DNA of 64,000 nt. Source: Candidatus Obscuribacteraceae bacterium. GTDB lineage: Bacteria; Cyanobacteriota; Vampirovibrionia; Obscuribacterales; Obscuribacteraceae. Positions 9,951 to 19,274 of this stretch are shown piece after piece. Position 1 is the stretch's first letter. Each line of letters begins with the position of its first letter. The stretch is taken from NCBI GenBank assembly GCA_044226015.1, contig JBGAHS010000003.1, positions 384,001 to 448,000 on the forward strand, written 5' to 3'. The notes beneath the pieces are model-generated. The model was not told the DNA's origin. It searched no databases and saw only the letters and a program-made list of their open reading frames with translations. A program made the position numbers and the translations under genes.

Positions 9951-12191
9951 TTGCCCAAACAACTAAAAGCAATTCTTTTCGTCTGCTTCTTTCTCTCGGG
10001 ATTTTGCGGACTACTTTATCAGATAGTCTGGCTGCGTCTTGCTTACGCGTCATTCGGCATAGTCACGCCCGTTCTCTCTGTTGTGGTTTCAATGTTCATG
10101 GCTGGACTCTGCATCGGGTCAGTTATGGCAGGCAAGCTTTCTGTTTCCGCCAGCAAAAAAATACATGTTTCGGCGATTCAACTCTACGGCGTAACAGAGC
10201 TACTCATAGGTGTCGGCGGCATTGCCGTTCCTTATCTCTACAGTTTTTCAGAACAGCTACTTTTACACGCTGGTTCAAGCGACTCATTCTCATACCTGGC
10301 ATTATCGGCGGTCTGCGTCGCAATAAGCATCTTGCCCTGGTGCATACTTATGGGTTGCACTTATCCACTGATGCTTACATTTGCAAAACAACAAGAAACT
10401 GACTCATCCTTCTTCAGCTTCCTTTATTGGGCGAATGTAATGGGCGCCACAGCTGGGGTTTTGATAAGCGCATTCATCATGATTGAACTGCTGGGCTTCC
10501 GAAACTCGCTAGCGGTCGGCGCTTTCTTGAACGCCTCAGTCGCAGCACTAGCATTCTACGTCAGCAAGGCATTCCCGGTAGCAACGCTTGATGAAAAATG
10601 CGACGAAATTTCCGCGGAGCAATCAGCCAACAAAGCACAACCGATGCAACTCTTATTGCTATTCGTGGGCGGCTTCTGTTCCATGGCAATGGAGGTTGTC
10701 TGGTCGCGTGCATTCATGCCTGTGCTGGGAACAGCTATCTATTCTTTCGCCCTGCTCTTATTCGTCTATTTGCTCAGCACGGCGCTCGGAAGCCGACACT
10801 ATCTGCGGGACAAAGCCGCAGGAAAAGTTCGAACGATTGGATTTCTTCTTTCTACAACTGCCTTTTGCGCGTTCATGCCCGTTGTTCTGAACGGCTTTCA
10901 ACCGGAATCAATTTATATCAATCCGAATCTCGCAGAAATGGGTTTGCGCTCATTCCTCTCCCTCTTCAGCATTGCTCCATTTTGCTTCTTTCTGGGGTAT
11001 TTAACACCAAAGCTAATCGATGATATCTCGCATGGGCTGCCTGAATCAGCAGGCAACTCCTACGCCATCAATTCAATCGGATGTATAGTGGGCCCTCTCG
11101 TCGCATCATATTTCTTGCTGCCAAACCTGGGAGCGCGAGCCTCACATCTTGTTCTAAATCTGGTTCTAGTCCTTGTCGCCGCATGGTTTTTAAAGAGCGA
11201 AAAGAATCCTAAGTGGGCAATTCAGACAGCATGTATGATGGCGCTGCTAGGTGTCGGCGTATTTCTCTGTGGCTCATACGACGAACCAAAATTGCCAGAC
11301 GCAAAAATCTACAGAGACCACGTAGGAACCGTTCTCGCATATTCTCGTGACGGTGAAAAACAGCTCATGGTCAACGGTCGCAGCATGACTAATATCAGAG
11401 CTTTCTTGAAGATGATGGCTCACTATCCAATAGTATTGCATAAGGGACCGGTCAAGAAATCGCTCGTTATCTGCCTTGGTATGGGCACTACATTCAGGTC
11501 TTTGATGAGCTGGGGTCATGAGACAAAAGCTGTTGAATTAGTACCAGGCGTGAAAGCAGCTTTGACCAATTTCTATACTGACGTCAATGACAAAACGCAA
11601 AACATAATTGTGGACGATGGGCGCCGATTCCTAAAACGAAGCAACGAGAAATTCGACATCATCACACTCGACCCGCCACCACCAGTAGAGGCAGCTGGCT
11701 CTAGCTTGTTATACACAAAAGAATTCACACAAGTGCTGAAAGAGCATCTCAATCCAGATGGCATCTTGCAACAATGGTTTCCCAATGATGAAACCAAAGT
11801 GCTAAGCGCTGTTGGCGAAGCTCTAACAGAAAACTTCAAATATGTTCGGGTTTTCCAGAGTTCGGAAGGGTGGGGATACCATTTCATTTGCTCTGACACA
11901 CCAATTGAAATTCCTTCAATGGAAGAGATTAAAGCTAAACTTCCAGAACGTGCAATTGAAGACCTCAAGGAGGGCGCAGCTCCCTACGACAAAGAACATC
12001 CTATAGCGCCATTAGAACGCATAATAGAGTTTGAAATTCCGCTATCCGACATTCTCAAAGACAAAATGCCAGCAATTACAGATGACAGACCAATCAACGA
12101 ATATTGCGTCCTTAGACGCATTGCCACTGGCAAACCAGAAGAATGGCATTCTGTAAAAATTAGGAAGTCCAAGAAACAGCCGAGTAATTAA
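9951..12191 (+). CDS. Fused membrane domain / spermidine synthase-like SAM-dependent protein
   Basis: Multi-TM N-terminus (SGFCGLLYQIVW, SMAMEVVW) followed by LVICLGMGTT, VELVP, DDGRRFL and DIITLDPPPP. Confidence 0.85.
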   Translation: MPKQLKAILFVCFFLSGFCGLLYQIVWLRLAYASFGIVTPVLSVVVSMFMAGLCIGSVMAGKLSVSASKKIHVSAIQLYGVTELLIGVGGIAVPYLYSFSEQLLLHAGSSDSFSYLALSAVCVAISILPWCILMGCTYPLMLTFAKQQETDSSFFSFLYWANVMGATAGVLISAFIMIELLGFRNSLAVGAFLNASVAALAFYVSKAFPVATLDEKCDEISAEQSANKAQPMQLLLLFVGGFCSMAMEVVWSRAFMPVLGTAIYSFALLLFVYLLSTALGSRHYLRDKAAGKVRTIGFLLSTTAFCAFMPVVLNGFQPESIYINPNLAEMGLRSFLSLFSIAPFCFFLGYLTPKLIDDISHGLPESAGNSYAINSIGCIVGPLVASYFLLPNLGARASHLVLNLVLVLVAAWFLKSEKNPKWAIQTACMMALLGVGVFLCGSYDEPKLPDAKIYRDHVGTVLAYSRDGEKQLMVNGRSMTNIRAFLKMMAHYPIVLHKGPVKKSLVICLGMGTTFRSLMSWGHETKAVELVPGVKAALTNFYTDVNDKTQNIIVDDGRRFLKRSNEKFDIITLDPPPPVEAAGSSLLYTKEFTQVLKEHLNPDGILQQWFPNDETKVLSAVGEALTENFKYVRVFQSSEGWGYHFICSDTPIEIPSMEEIKAKLPERAIEDLKEGAAPYDKEHPIAPLERIIEFEIPLSDILKDKMPAITDDRPINEYCVLRRIATGKPEEWHSVKIRKSKKQPSN

Positions 12192-12195
12192 TGCA

Positions 12196-12243
12196 AAGCC
12201 ACAGAGTAAAAGACTCTACGAAGCCACAGAGTAAAAGATTCTA
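12196..12243 (+). repeat. 25-bp tandem duplication between convergent genes
   Basis: aagccacagagtaaaaga(c/t)tcta x2. Confidence 0.85.
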
Positions 12244-12268
12244 GTCCAAAAATACCAGCTTCTCGCAA

Positions 12269-13432
12269 TCAAAGCTCTTTTAAGCGCTGCAAAAATGCGG
12301 TCTGAGTTTGCTTCAAAGGAGCAAGAAGATGCTCATCGTGCGGGGCATCTATCTCAAACCAAAATGATAAAACACATCGGTTGGGCGACGGGTTCATTAT
12401 GCGCACATTCAATAGAACCATGTATTTACGTTGGTTCTGAGAAAATGAAAGCAACCAGTTTTTTGCAAGAATAGAATCGGCACCCGTCATTTCTGCAAGC
12501 ACAAGCTGCCAGTTTCTTCCAGCAAATGAGCTACCCTCAATTAGCTGCGAAATACTGGACATTGTCTCTTGCGCAGACCGCCCAGATATTCCCTTCAGTA
12601 CTGGATTAGCTCTGATCTGGTACACATCAATGTCTTCCGAAACATTTCTCCAGAATGGAATCGCAAGACAGACTGATGCAATTATCGCAAGCGCTCCAGA
12701 AACTGGACCCGGTTGAATATTCAGCAGCGGCAGGATGAAGGCTGAAAGCCACACAAACCCCAGAACAGGACCAAAATAAAACACAAGCCAGGCAAAAAAT
12801 GATGGTCCTTCTGCAGCCGAATTTTTCGAAATCATCAAATCATAAATATGAAGCTTTAGGCTTTTAGCAATCGGTTCAGGACCATAGAAATCTCGAGTCT
12901 TCGCAGAAGGATTGGAATTCTTAGATGCTGCCTGCTCATTCTCAGAAAACTGCCCAGCACGCCAGTATTCATAAGCACCTTCGTATGATTCTTTCGAATA
13001 CGAACGCTCAGCCCCTGGCGGCGGCGAACCTGGCTTCACATCAGGCTTGGGTGGTGGTGAGCTTGCCTTCTCGTGCGGTTTGGGCTCGGAACTAGGCTGC
13101 GGCTTGGGATGCGGCTTGGGATTCGGTTTAGGCTGCGGCGGCGGACTCGGGCGTGGCGTCGGACTCGGCTGGGGCGGAGGATGGGCAGCTGCTCCGGCAT
13201 TAAACCGAGTCGGTGGTGGACAATTCCTTGCACGCCACCAAGCGAGCAACTCATCGCGAGCAACATTGATTTCCTTCTGCTCGCGTTCGGCGCGCGCCTT
13301 CATTCGCTCATTGATGAAATTTGTGGGCGCCATTAGCGCAGCCCACTCCTTCCAGCTCTTCTGAATATCGTCTGGTCCCGCCCCCTTAGGCAAACGAAGA
13401 ACCTCGTAATACTTGTCGTAGTCCTTACTCAT
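12269..13432 (-). CDS. J-domain-like protein (no HPD) with Pro-rich linker and two TM helices
   Basis: YYEVLRLPKGA..IQKSWKEWAALMAPT..KEINVARDEL has a DnaJ-like pattern; PKP/PQP repeats; two hydrophobic segments. Confidence 0.7.
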   Translation of the reverse strand: MSKDYDKYYEVLRLPKGAGPDDIQKSWKEWAALMAPTNFINERMKARAEREQKEINVARDELLAWWRARNCPPPTRFNAGAAAHPPPQPSPTPRPSPPPQPKPNPKPHPKPQPSSEPKPHEKASSPPPKPDVKPGSPPPGAERSYSKESYEGAYEYWRAGQFSENEQAASKNSNPSAKTRDFYGPEPIAKSLKLHIYDLMISKNSAAEGPSFFAWLVFYFGPVLGFVWLSAFILPLLNIQPGPVSGALAIIASVCLAIPFWRNVSEDIDVYQIRANPVLKGISGRSAQETMSSISQLIEGSSFAGRNWQLVLAEMTGADSILAKNWLLSFSQNQRKYMVLLNVRIMNPSPNRCVLSFWFEIDAPHDEHLLAPLKQTQTAFLQRLKEL

Positions 13433-13818
13433 CGCCCCTCCACGAACGAAAGTTTACACCTATTCTCGGAAGGCAAGATTATTTTGGGAGGAAATTCACA
13501 TCAAAAGAAGTCTGGCAGCTCACTCTCCATTTTCGACTCAATCGTATGAAGCTGCCCCTAAGATGCCCGGTTTGATGGCAGATGCGCTCTACAAATCCGA
13601 AAGAAGAAAACGCAATGCCTGAGCCATTTCTAGCGTTGCCCAGCTCCATCTTCTTTGTGGATCTAGCTGCTTCGCTTGCCTTTTCCTTTTGCATGATTTG
13701 GCCACAGCTAACTCACGACATTTCGCCCTCCGAAAATGCAAATTATCTAAGCTCTACGGTGCTCACCGAATACCTACCAAGATTTCAATTTCTACTATAT
13801 GTATGACTAGTATCAATG

Positions 13819-13859
13819 TTTTTGAAAGAACCGCTTGCTTTGAGCGGTTCTTTCAAAAA
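13819..13859. terminator. Perfect 17-bp-stem hairpin with T/A tracts, probable bidirectional terminator
   Basis: tttttgaaagaaccgct-tgctttg-agcggttctttcaaaaa, located at the 3' end of the minus-strand gene run. Confidence 0.75.
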
Positions 13860-13939
13860 TGGAGCGCCTCGGGCGAGAACGCTCTCAATTAATTTAGCCG
13901 TGCCGTGAACGAGAGCAAGCTCACTGCGCTAGAAGCAGA

Positions 13940-14050
13940 TTAGCGCTTGCTCTCGGATATCGTGGTGCCTATATTGGCAATGATTGGAGTGCCGATAACA
14001 AAAGCCAAAACACCGACCACTATCAACATGTTCCACATAAAGTCAGTCAT
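13940..14050 (-). CDS. 36-aa single-TM micro-protein (not in ORF track)
   Basis: MTDFMWNMLIVVGVLAFVIGTPIIANIGTTISESKR; last unit of the co-oriented run, purine-rich upstream region. Confidence 0.45.
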   Translation of the reverse strand: MTDFMWNMLIVVGVLAFVIGTPIIANIGTTISESKR

Positions 14051-14160
14051 TGTGCTCAAACTCTTTCAATCGAAGACAAAAAACAAAAACTTACACCCAA
14101 GCAGGGAGGACACTCAATGAGCACCCTCCCTGCTACCAAACGAATCTTGCAGAATGCGAA

Positions 14161-14487
14161 TCAGCCCTTCATCTTGGAGTTGATGAACTTCAAGATTTGG
14201 GGGAGAAAGCGCATCGTCAGGAAGCCCGCAACAGCACAAGTAACGCCGCTGCCCAAGAAGGCATAGTCGCTACCAGCCAGAGCGTAGCTCATCGAGAGAG
14301 CCAGCACGATCTTGACGATCTGCACCGGCCAGAAGGTGAAGACCTGCACCAGCAAGACGAAGATGAAGATCTCCCAACCACCGGGCGAGCGGTTCTCGTC
14401 AGTGACGGTCTTGGCGCCGAGCAAGCTGCCCAGCATGCCGCAGAAGTAGGCGAACAGAGCGACACCGAGGAAAGACCAGATTGACAT
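14161..14487 (-). CDS. Small membrane protein (3 TM)
   Basis: Hydrophobic ORF with AGGAG RBS, flanked by hairpins. Confidence 0.7.
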   Translation of the reverse strand: MSIWSFLGVALFAYFCGMLGSLLGAKTVTDENRSPGGWEIFIFVLLVQVFTFWPVQIVKIVLALSMSYALAGSDYAFLGSGVTCAVAGFLTMRFLPQILKFINSKMKG

Positions 14488-14602
14488 AGCTGACTCCTGA
14501 TTGGTGATTGAAACGGAAAAGACGCATATGTAGAAAACCGGGGAGAACAGTAGGTACTGTTCTCCCCGGTCGTTAGCAAGGGAACGCGCGACTTCTATTG
14601 CC

Positions 14603-15571
14603 TTAGCCGCGCAGACCGTGACGGCGAAGCAAATCCTTGCCAGCGGAGCGCTTGCTCACGGCATAGACTTTGCTGCCCCACTCCACTTCGAAACAGTCCT
14701 TGCCGTCGTCGACGTAGCGCAGGGGCTTACGAACGTACGCCAGAACATCCAGGAAGATGTCCTTGGGCAGGCTCGCGTAGTCCTCGGCGCTGCGAGGTTC
14801 GGGTGCAGTAACGGGAGCGAATTCGACCACGTACCAGAGTCCGTCCACCTTCACCAGCTTGCTCAGGTCGCTGATATCAACCTGCTCAAAGCGGCGCTTC
14901 GGCTCGTCCTTCGGCTGCGGCTTCACCTGCTCGAGCGTACCGTGCTCGGGGTGCACGTAGAAGCGCCCGGCGATGAGCTGGTTGTAACTAGCAGATCTGG
15001 TGAAGTCGTGGACCGCGCCGTTTTCACCGAAGAAAACGGTCTCGCAGACCAGGCGCTCGAAGGTATCGAGCACGTGCTGGCGCGCAGCAAAACGCTGCGG
15101 CAAGCGACGAGCGAACTCTTCCTTGACGAAGGAAATGGGCTCGCCGAGGTGCTTGGTCAGGAAGCGAATCAGCGGACCGAAACCAACCAGACAGTTGCGC
15201 TCTTCGTAGCGGTTCATGCGACGCATGGACTCGCGCTGCGGCAAGAGCGAGGCGGCGTCGTCGCTGTCGCAAACAACCGAATCATCCAAGAAGGACTTCG
15301 GGCGAACGAGCAGCTTCAGAAGCACTGAATTGCCGCGGGCGGAAGCGCTGATGGTTTCCAGCACTTCGTAGTAGCTGAGCATCGAGTCGTCAGCGTAGAA
15401 TTCGAGAACGACCGGCTCGTCGCGGTCGGCTTCCACCGGCGAGCCGAAGTCTTCGTCACGCTGGATGTACTGGGTTTGGGGGTCGATGCTCTTCAGGAGC
15501 TGGAGAAACTTGGCTCGAGCGTAGCCACGGTGTTTACGAGGCATCGAGCGGGTGTTCAGCATAAGCGTCAT
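14603..15571 (-). CDS. Conserved-looking hypothetical protein
   Basis: ATG 15571 with AAGGA RBS; motifs PLIRFLTKHLGEP, FYVHPEHGTL, KVDGLWY, YAVSKR..LRRHGL. Confidence 0.7.
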   Translation of the reverse strand: MTLMLNTRSMPRKHRGYARAKFLQLLKSIDPQTQYIQRDEDFGSPVEADRDEPVVLEFYADDSMLSYYEVLETISASARGNSVLLKLLVRPKSFLDDSVVCDSDDAASLLPQRESMRRMNRYEERNCLVGFGPLIRFLTKHLGEPISFVKEEFARRLPQRFAARQHVLDTFERLVCETVFFGENGAVHDFTRSASYNQLIAGRFYVHPEHGTLEQVKPQPKDEPKRRFEQVDISDLSKLVKVDGLWYVVEFAPVTAPEPRSAEDYASLPKDIFLDVLAYVRKPLRYVDDGKDCFEVEWGSKVYAVSKRSAGKDLLRRHGLRG

Positions 15572-15767
15572 GCAAATTTCCTTGTTGAATTTTTTTGAAA
15601 AAAAACAATAGTGCACTTCGGCGCTCGCCGAAGTACTTGTGCCGCTGTACAGCAGCGGTTTCTGGTCACCGCCATCATAGATGGGGCTAGACAAAGCAAA
15701 GCGAACAGAGCCGCAACTCCATTCGCTTTGCCAGATCTGAACCAAGGTTCAGTTAAAAGTCCGAAAG

Positions 15768-16247
15768 TTACATCAGGCGTCGGTCATGCGGTTTCGGTTC
15801 GTCCGCTTTGCTTGAAGAGGGTTCCAGCTTCCAATCGCTTGCGTTTGCAAAATCAATTTCGCTGACAGAACCATTCTTGTCGTAGCGAATCACCGTTCCG
15901 TCTGTGTAGGACAGCACCCACTTTCCGTCGATGTAACCAATGCAAGGCTCAGACTCACCCGGGCGTGCCGCAAGAGATGTAGCACGCAGCGAACGAGGCA
16001 TCCACCAGAGCATCAGCTGAATACGACCGATTACTGCAGCGACGATTCCCACGCCGACCGCCATGGCGAAACCAAAGCTCTCCATCTTCAGCAGACACGC
16101 CAGTCCGAAGATAGCGAGCACAACGAACAGGTTCGTCCACAGTCCTTTGATGAGACTGCGCTCGAAAGTGGCGCCACGACCGAACTGGAAGCCGACCATG
16201 AGACCGAGACCAATACCAATCAACATAGCAATCCAAGGCATAGGCAA
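15768..16247 (-). CDS. Membrane protein (3 TM + small C-terminal domain)
   Basis: Hydrophobic N-terminal half; GGAG RBS upstream. Confidence 0.65.
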   Translation of the reverse strand: MPMPWIAMLIGIGLGLMVGFQFGRGATFERSLIKGLWTNLFVVLAIFGLACLLKMESFGFAMAVGVGIVAAVIGRIQLMLWWMPRSLRATSLAARPGESEPCIGYIDGKWVLSYTDGTVIRYDKNGSVSEIDFANASDWKLEPSSSKADEPKPHDRRLM

Positions 16248-16335
16248 ATTCTCCAGGAGTTAAAGTGAAACCGTTAAAACGGGGCAACTGCTTTCACCTG
16301 TAGGCAGCCGCTCCCACGAACTAGTGCAGACATCG

Positions 16336-16575
16336 TCAGCAATCAAGCTTGGCATTGCTCAAACAGCGACACACAAAGCCGACGACGGTTCCCACAAAGA
16401 AACAGCCTGCTGCAGCACCGCAATCGCCCGAACCAGTAGCAAAGAGTCCGATTGCGAAGACAGCCACGCCGACGAGCAATTGCCACCCAAATGAAGGCGT
16501 CTTGCTCGAAGAAATACAGCAAATAGCTACGCCGAAAACAAAAGCCACCGCGTTCATAACGTTCAACTCGTCCAT
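16336..16575 (-). CDS. Small Cys-containing membrane protein
   Basis: Three hydrophobic segments; co-oriented in the run after the 16618-16642 hairpin. Confidence 0.55.
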   Translation of the reverse strand: MDELNVMNAVAFVFGVAICCISSSKTPSFGWQLLVGVAVFAIGLFATGSGDCGAAAGCFFVGTVVGFVCRCLSNAKLDC

Positions 16576-16669
16576 CTTATTCCAAATCCCATATACAAGA
16601 AGATCTCAAACTAAGAGGGGCGACTGCGAAGTGCAGTCGCCCCAGGATTTCGGCTACTCAGGAAATCGC

Positions 16670-17626
16670 TTAAGAGCGATAACGTGGCAGCACTCCGATT
16701 GCCTCCTCGACCAGCTCGCCGAGGTTCGACAGTTCGGCTGGCGTCAAAAGCAAGCTGGCGTAGATGACTCGCTGACAGTACTGACTGACGAGCGTGAGGC
16801 TCATCAGGTCAGGACTTTCCGCATCAGCACGAGCCATCAAGTCTTGCACTGTCACTGCGTCGACGTTGAAGAGTCGGCGCATCAAGCCGTCCAGGGCACG
16901 CATGTGCTCAGGCTGTTCTTCACCAGCCTTGAGTTGCTCGACGATTTTGCGAACCTGCTTGATGGCTTTCTCCCACGCATCCGAGCCCGGAATCAGCTGC
17001 TCCTTCTTCTTGCGAAACTTGAGCACCGGACGCTTCAGCAGATACCAGAAGGAAGCGACCATCGCTGCGCAAGCAATGCTGGCAACAGCGATGTTCATTA
17101 GCCATCCGTAACTGCTGATGAACACGAACGGCGGGTCCTTCGGATGCTTACTGCGCTGGTCACCATCGAAGGTGCGACTGGTGGAGAACTCCAGGTCAGG
17201 AAGCTGGAAATCCTGACGCTTGCGTGAACCACCTACCGAGTACTCAATCTTCATGTTGGCAGAAACCTTCTGCTCGAACACGAGATTTTGCAGCTGCGCA
17301 TCCAGGCGCAGAACCTCCGAGCCGTCGGGGAAGGCACGCGACGCGACAGCCACATCGCGCACCTTGGTGTTGCCGTTGACGAGCAAGCTCTTGGTGTTGC
17401 ATTTGATACCAGCGGGCTGCCGGATGTAAATGCGCACCTTGATGATGTCGCCAGTGCGGTAGCCGAAGTCCGGCTCCAACTCGACCACGGCAGAGGGCTT
17501 GTCTTCAGCCGCGACCGGAAACTCCGGCACGGACATCGGACGACAGAGCTGCCGGTATGCACTGAAGCTGGCAGCAGCCAGCAGCGCCAGTGCCAGCGCT
17601 GCGTAAAAACATCGTTTCGCTTTCAT
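16670..17626 (-). CDS. MxaA/BatD-like periplasmic membrane-anchored protein
   Basis: Signal/TM, FGYRTGDII motif resembling the MxaA N-terminus, Ig-like region, second TM; TAATG overlap with upstream gene. Confidence 0.6.
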   Translation of the reverse strand: MKAKRCFYAALALALLAAASFSAYRQLCRPMSVPEFPVAAEDKPSAVVELEPDFGYRTGDIIKVRIYIRQPAGIKCNTKSLLVNGNTKVRDVAVASRAFPDGSEVLRLDAQLQNLVFEQKVSANMKIEYSVGGSRKRQDFQLPDLEFSTSRTFDGDQRSKHPKDPPFVFISSYGWLMNIAVASIACAAMVASFWYLLKRPVLKFRKKKEQLIPGSDAWEKAIKQVRKIVEQLKAGEEQPEHMRALDGLMRRLFNVDAVTVQDLMARADAESPDLMSLTLVSQYCQRVIYASLLLTPAELSNLGELVEEAIGVLPRYRS

Positions 17627-18705
17627 TAGCGAGTCTCCTGCTTTGAAGTTCTTGAAGAAAACAGAGCAGGGGCGAGCATACACAGCTGCCCCGCAAGAAT
17701 CGCCAGGAAGGCGAGTGTCGTCGGCACACGAAAGAGGTCTTCGGTGTTGCGTCGGGTTTGAGTTTCCAACGCGAAGTCCTCAGCGTAGAGCCGGAAATCA
17801 GCCAGCGAATCAATTTGGATGTACTGAGCATCCAACTTCTTCGCCATCTTGCGCAGCGACTCGTCATCGCGCGCGGTCATCTGCGTCTGCCCATCGAGCA
17901 CAAGCAGAGTCTTGCCGTTCATCTGCATCTGGTCTCGTTCACCAAGCTGAGCGACCGGAATCGCAACTGGCGCACGCCCACCCATGCCAACGAGAAGAAC
18001 GCGAACGTTCTTACGTGCAAGCTCGGTTTTCAGCTCGGCAAACTTCGGCGACTCATCATCAAAGCCGCCGTCAGAGAACAGCACGATGACACGCTGACGC
18101 CCGTCCCTGGCGTCAACATCCATGTAATGTAGCGCCATCGCAAGACCAGCCTCGACGTTGGCGCCCTCGCCGCGAGCCGAGCCAATGCGCATGCTGTTCT
18201 CAATGACATACGTCAGCGCCTTGTAGTCATCTCCCAGGTAAGCCTGGTCGAATGCCTCACCAGCGAAGCTGACGATGCCGATGCGGTTGCGCGCAAGCGT
18301 TGGAATCAACTTGTCGCGAATGATTTGCCGCACCATGTCCAGCCGAGTTCCACCAGCAAGCGCATCACGGCTGGTTTGACCGGCATAGTCCTGTGCTGCC
18401 ATACTGCGGCTCACGTCGGAGACGCAGACGACATCCAGGGTGCCCTGTGGGAACTGCACGCTCTCCGACAGACGCTTAGGTCGCGCAAGAGCGACTGCCC
18501 CAAAGAGCAGCCCGCAAAGCAGCAGTGCGCAGACCAGCACGTAGCGCTGGCTGCTGATGACGTTTGACGATGCTGCAATCAGCTGCGGGTCGCCGTAGGC
18601 TGATGTGCTCGCGCGATAGGTGTTCCAAGCCTGGCGCAGCATCAGCCCGGACAAGATCACCGCCGGTACGCTCAGGCAGAGCGACCAAAGATTTTCGAAG
18701 TACAT
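17626..18705 (-). CDS. VWA-domain membrane protein (BatB/MxaL-like)
   Basis: MIDAS DVSRS, TRLD, GIVSFAG, LFSDG; N-terminal TMs and C-terminal TM; GAGGAG RBS. Confidence 0.85.
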   Translation of the reverse strand: MYFENLWSLCLSVPAVILSGLMLRQAWNTYRASTSAYGDPQLIAASSNVISSQRYVLVCALLLCGLLFGAVALARPKRLSESVQFPQGTLDVVCVSDVSRSMAAQDYAGQTSRDALAGGTRLDMVRQIIRDKLIPTLARNRIGIVSFAGEAFDQAYLGDDYKALTYVIENSMRIGSARGEGANVEAGLAMALHYMDVDARDGRQRVIVLFSDGGFDDESPKFAELKTELARKNVRVLLVGMGGRAPVAIPVAQLGERDQMQMNGKTLLVLDGQTQMTARDDESLRKMAKKLDAQYIQIDSLADFRLYAEDFALETQTRRNTEDLFRVPTTLAFLAILAGQLCMLAPALFSSRTSKQETR

Positions 18706-18730
18706 AAGTCTCTCCTCCTCACGTTCGGGG

Positions 18731-19252
18731 TTATATCTTCTTTTTGGGCGCGCCAGATTTCTCCGACTTGCCTGAGCCACCTTCGCCACCGGACTTCTGC
18801 GAATCTTGCAGCTTTTCCAGGTTGTAGATGGTGTAGAGGTCACCTGGTACCAAACGCAAGCTCTCCTCGTAAGCAGCGACTGCGTCGTCGGTTTTGCCCA
18901 GATTGAACTGGCTGTTGCCGATGTAAAACTGGGCACGAGCAGCGAGTTCGCGTTGCGATTCGCGCACGGCACCGCTTCGGTCGACACAGCCGGCGTAGAC
19001 TTGCGTCATGACCTTCCGGCAGGTGTCATAGTCGTGGTCGCGATAGCAGCTGAGCGCGTGGTTGTACTGCGCCACCGGGCTGTCGACCAGGACTTCATTG
19101 CGCGTGGCGAGCTCGTAGTCGCCTCGCATCATCGGAAGGTCGAATTGCACCATCCGAAAACCGCAGTAGACGAGCACGCCGAGGCTGCTCAGCATCAGAA
19201 TCCAGGCGCCGGGAACCAGCGCCACGGGAAGGAACCGCTTGACGGTCTTCAT
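18731..19252 (-). CDS. TPR protein (BatC/MxaK-like)
   Basis: TM followed by AQYNHALSCY / AQFYIGNSQF..AYEESLRLVP..YNLE and a Gly/Lys tail. Confidence 0.75.
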   Translation of the reverse strand: MKTVKRFLPVALVPGAWILMLSSLGVLVYCGFRMVQFDLPMMRGDYELATRNEVLVDSPVAQYNHALSCYRDHDYDTCRKVMTQVYAGCVDRSGAVRESQRELAARAQFYIGNSQFNLGKTDDAVAAYEESLRLVPGDLYTIYNLEKLQDSQKSGGEGGSGKSEKSGAPKKKI

Positions 19253-19274
19253 GAGAGTCTCCTTGTTGTTAGGC

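Noticed and set aside
17626..18987. ORF-track starts at 18987 (also 15745, 17683, 25393, 26234, 47020, 48316, 48544, 58632)
   Set aside because: The extensions overlap neighbouring genes, hairpins or operators; downstream ATGs with clear RBSs were used instead
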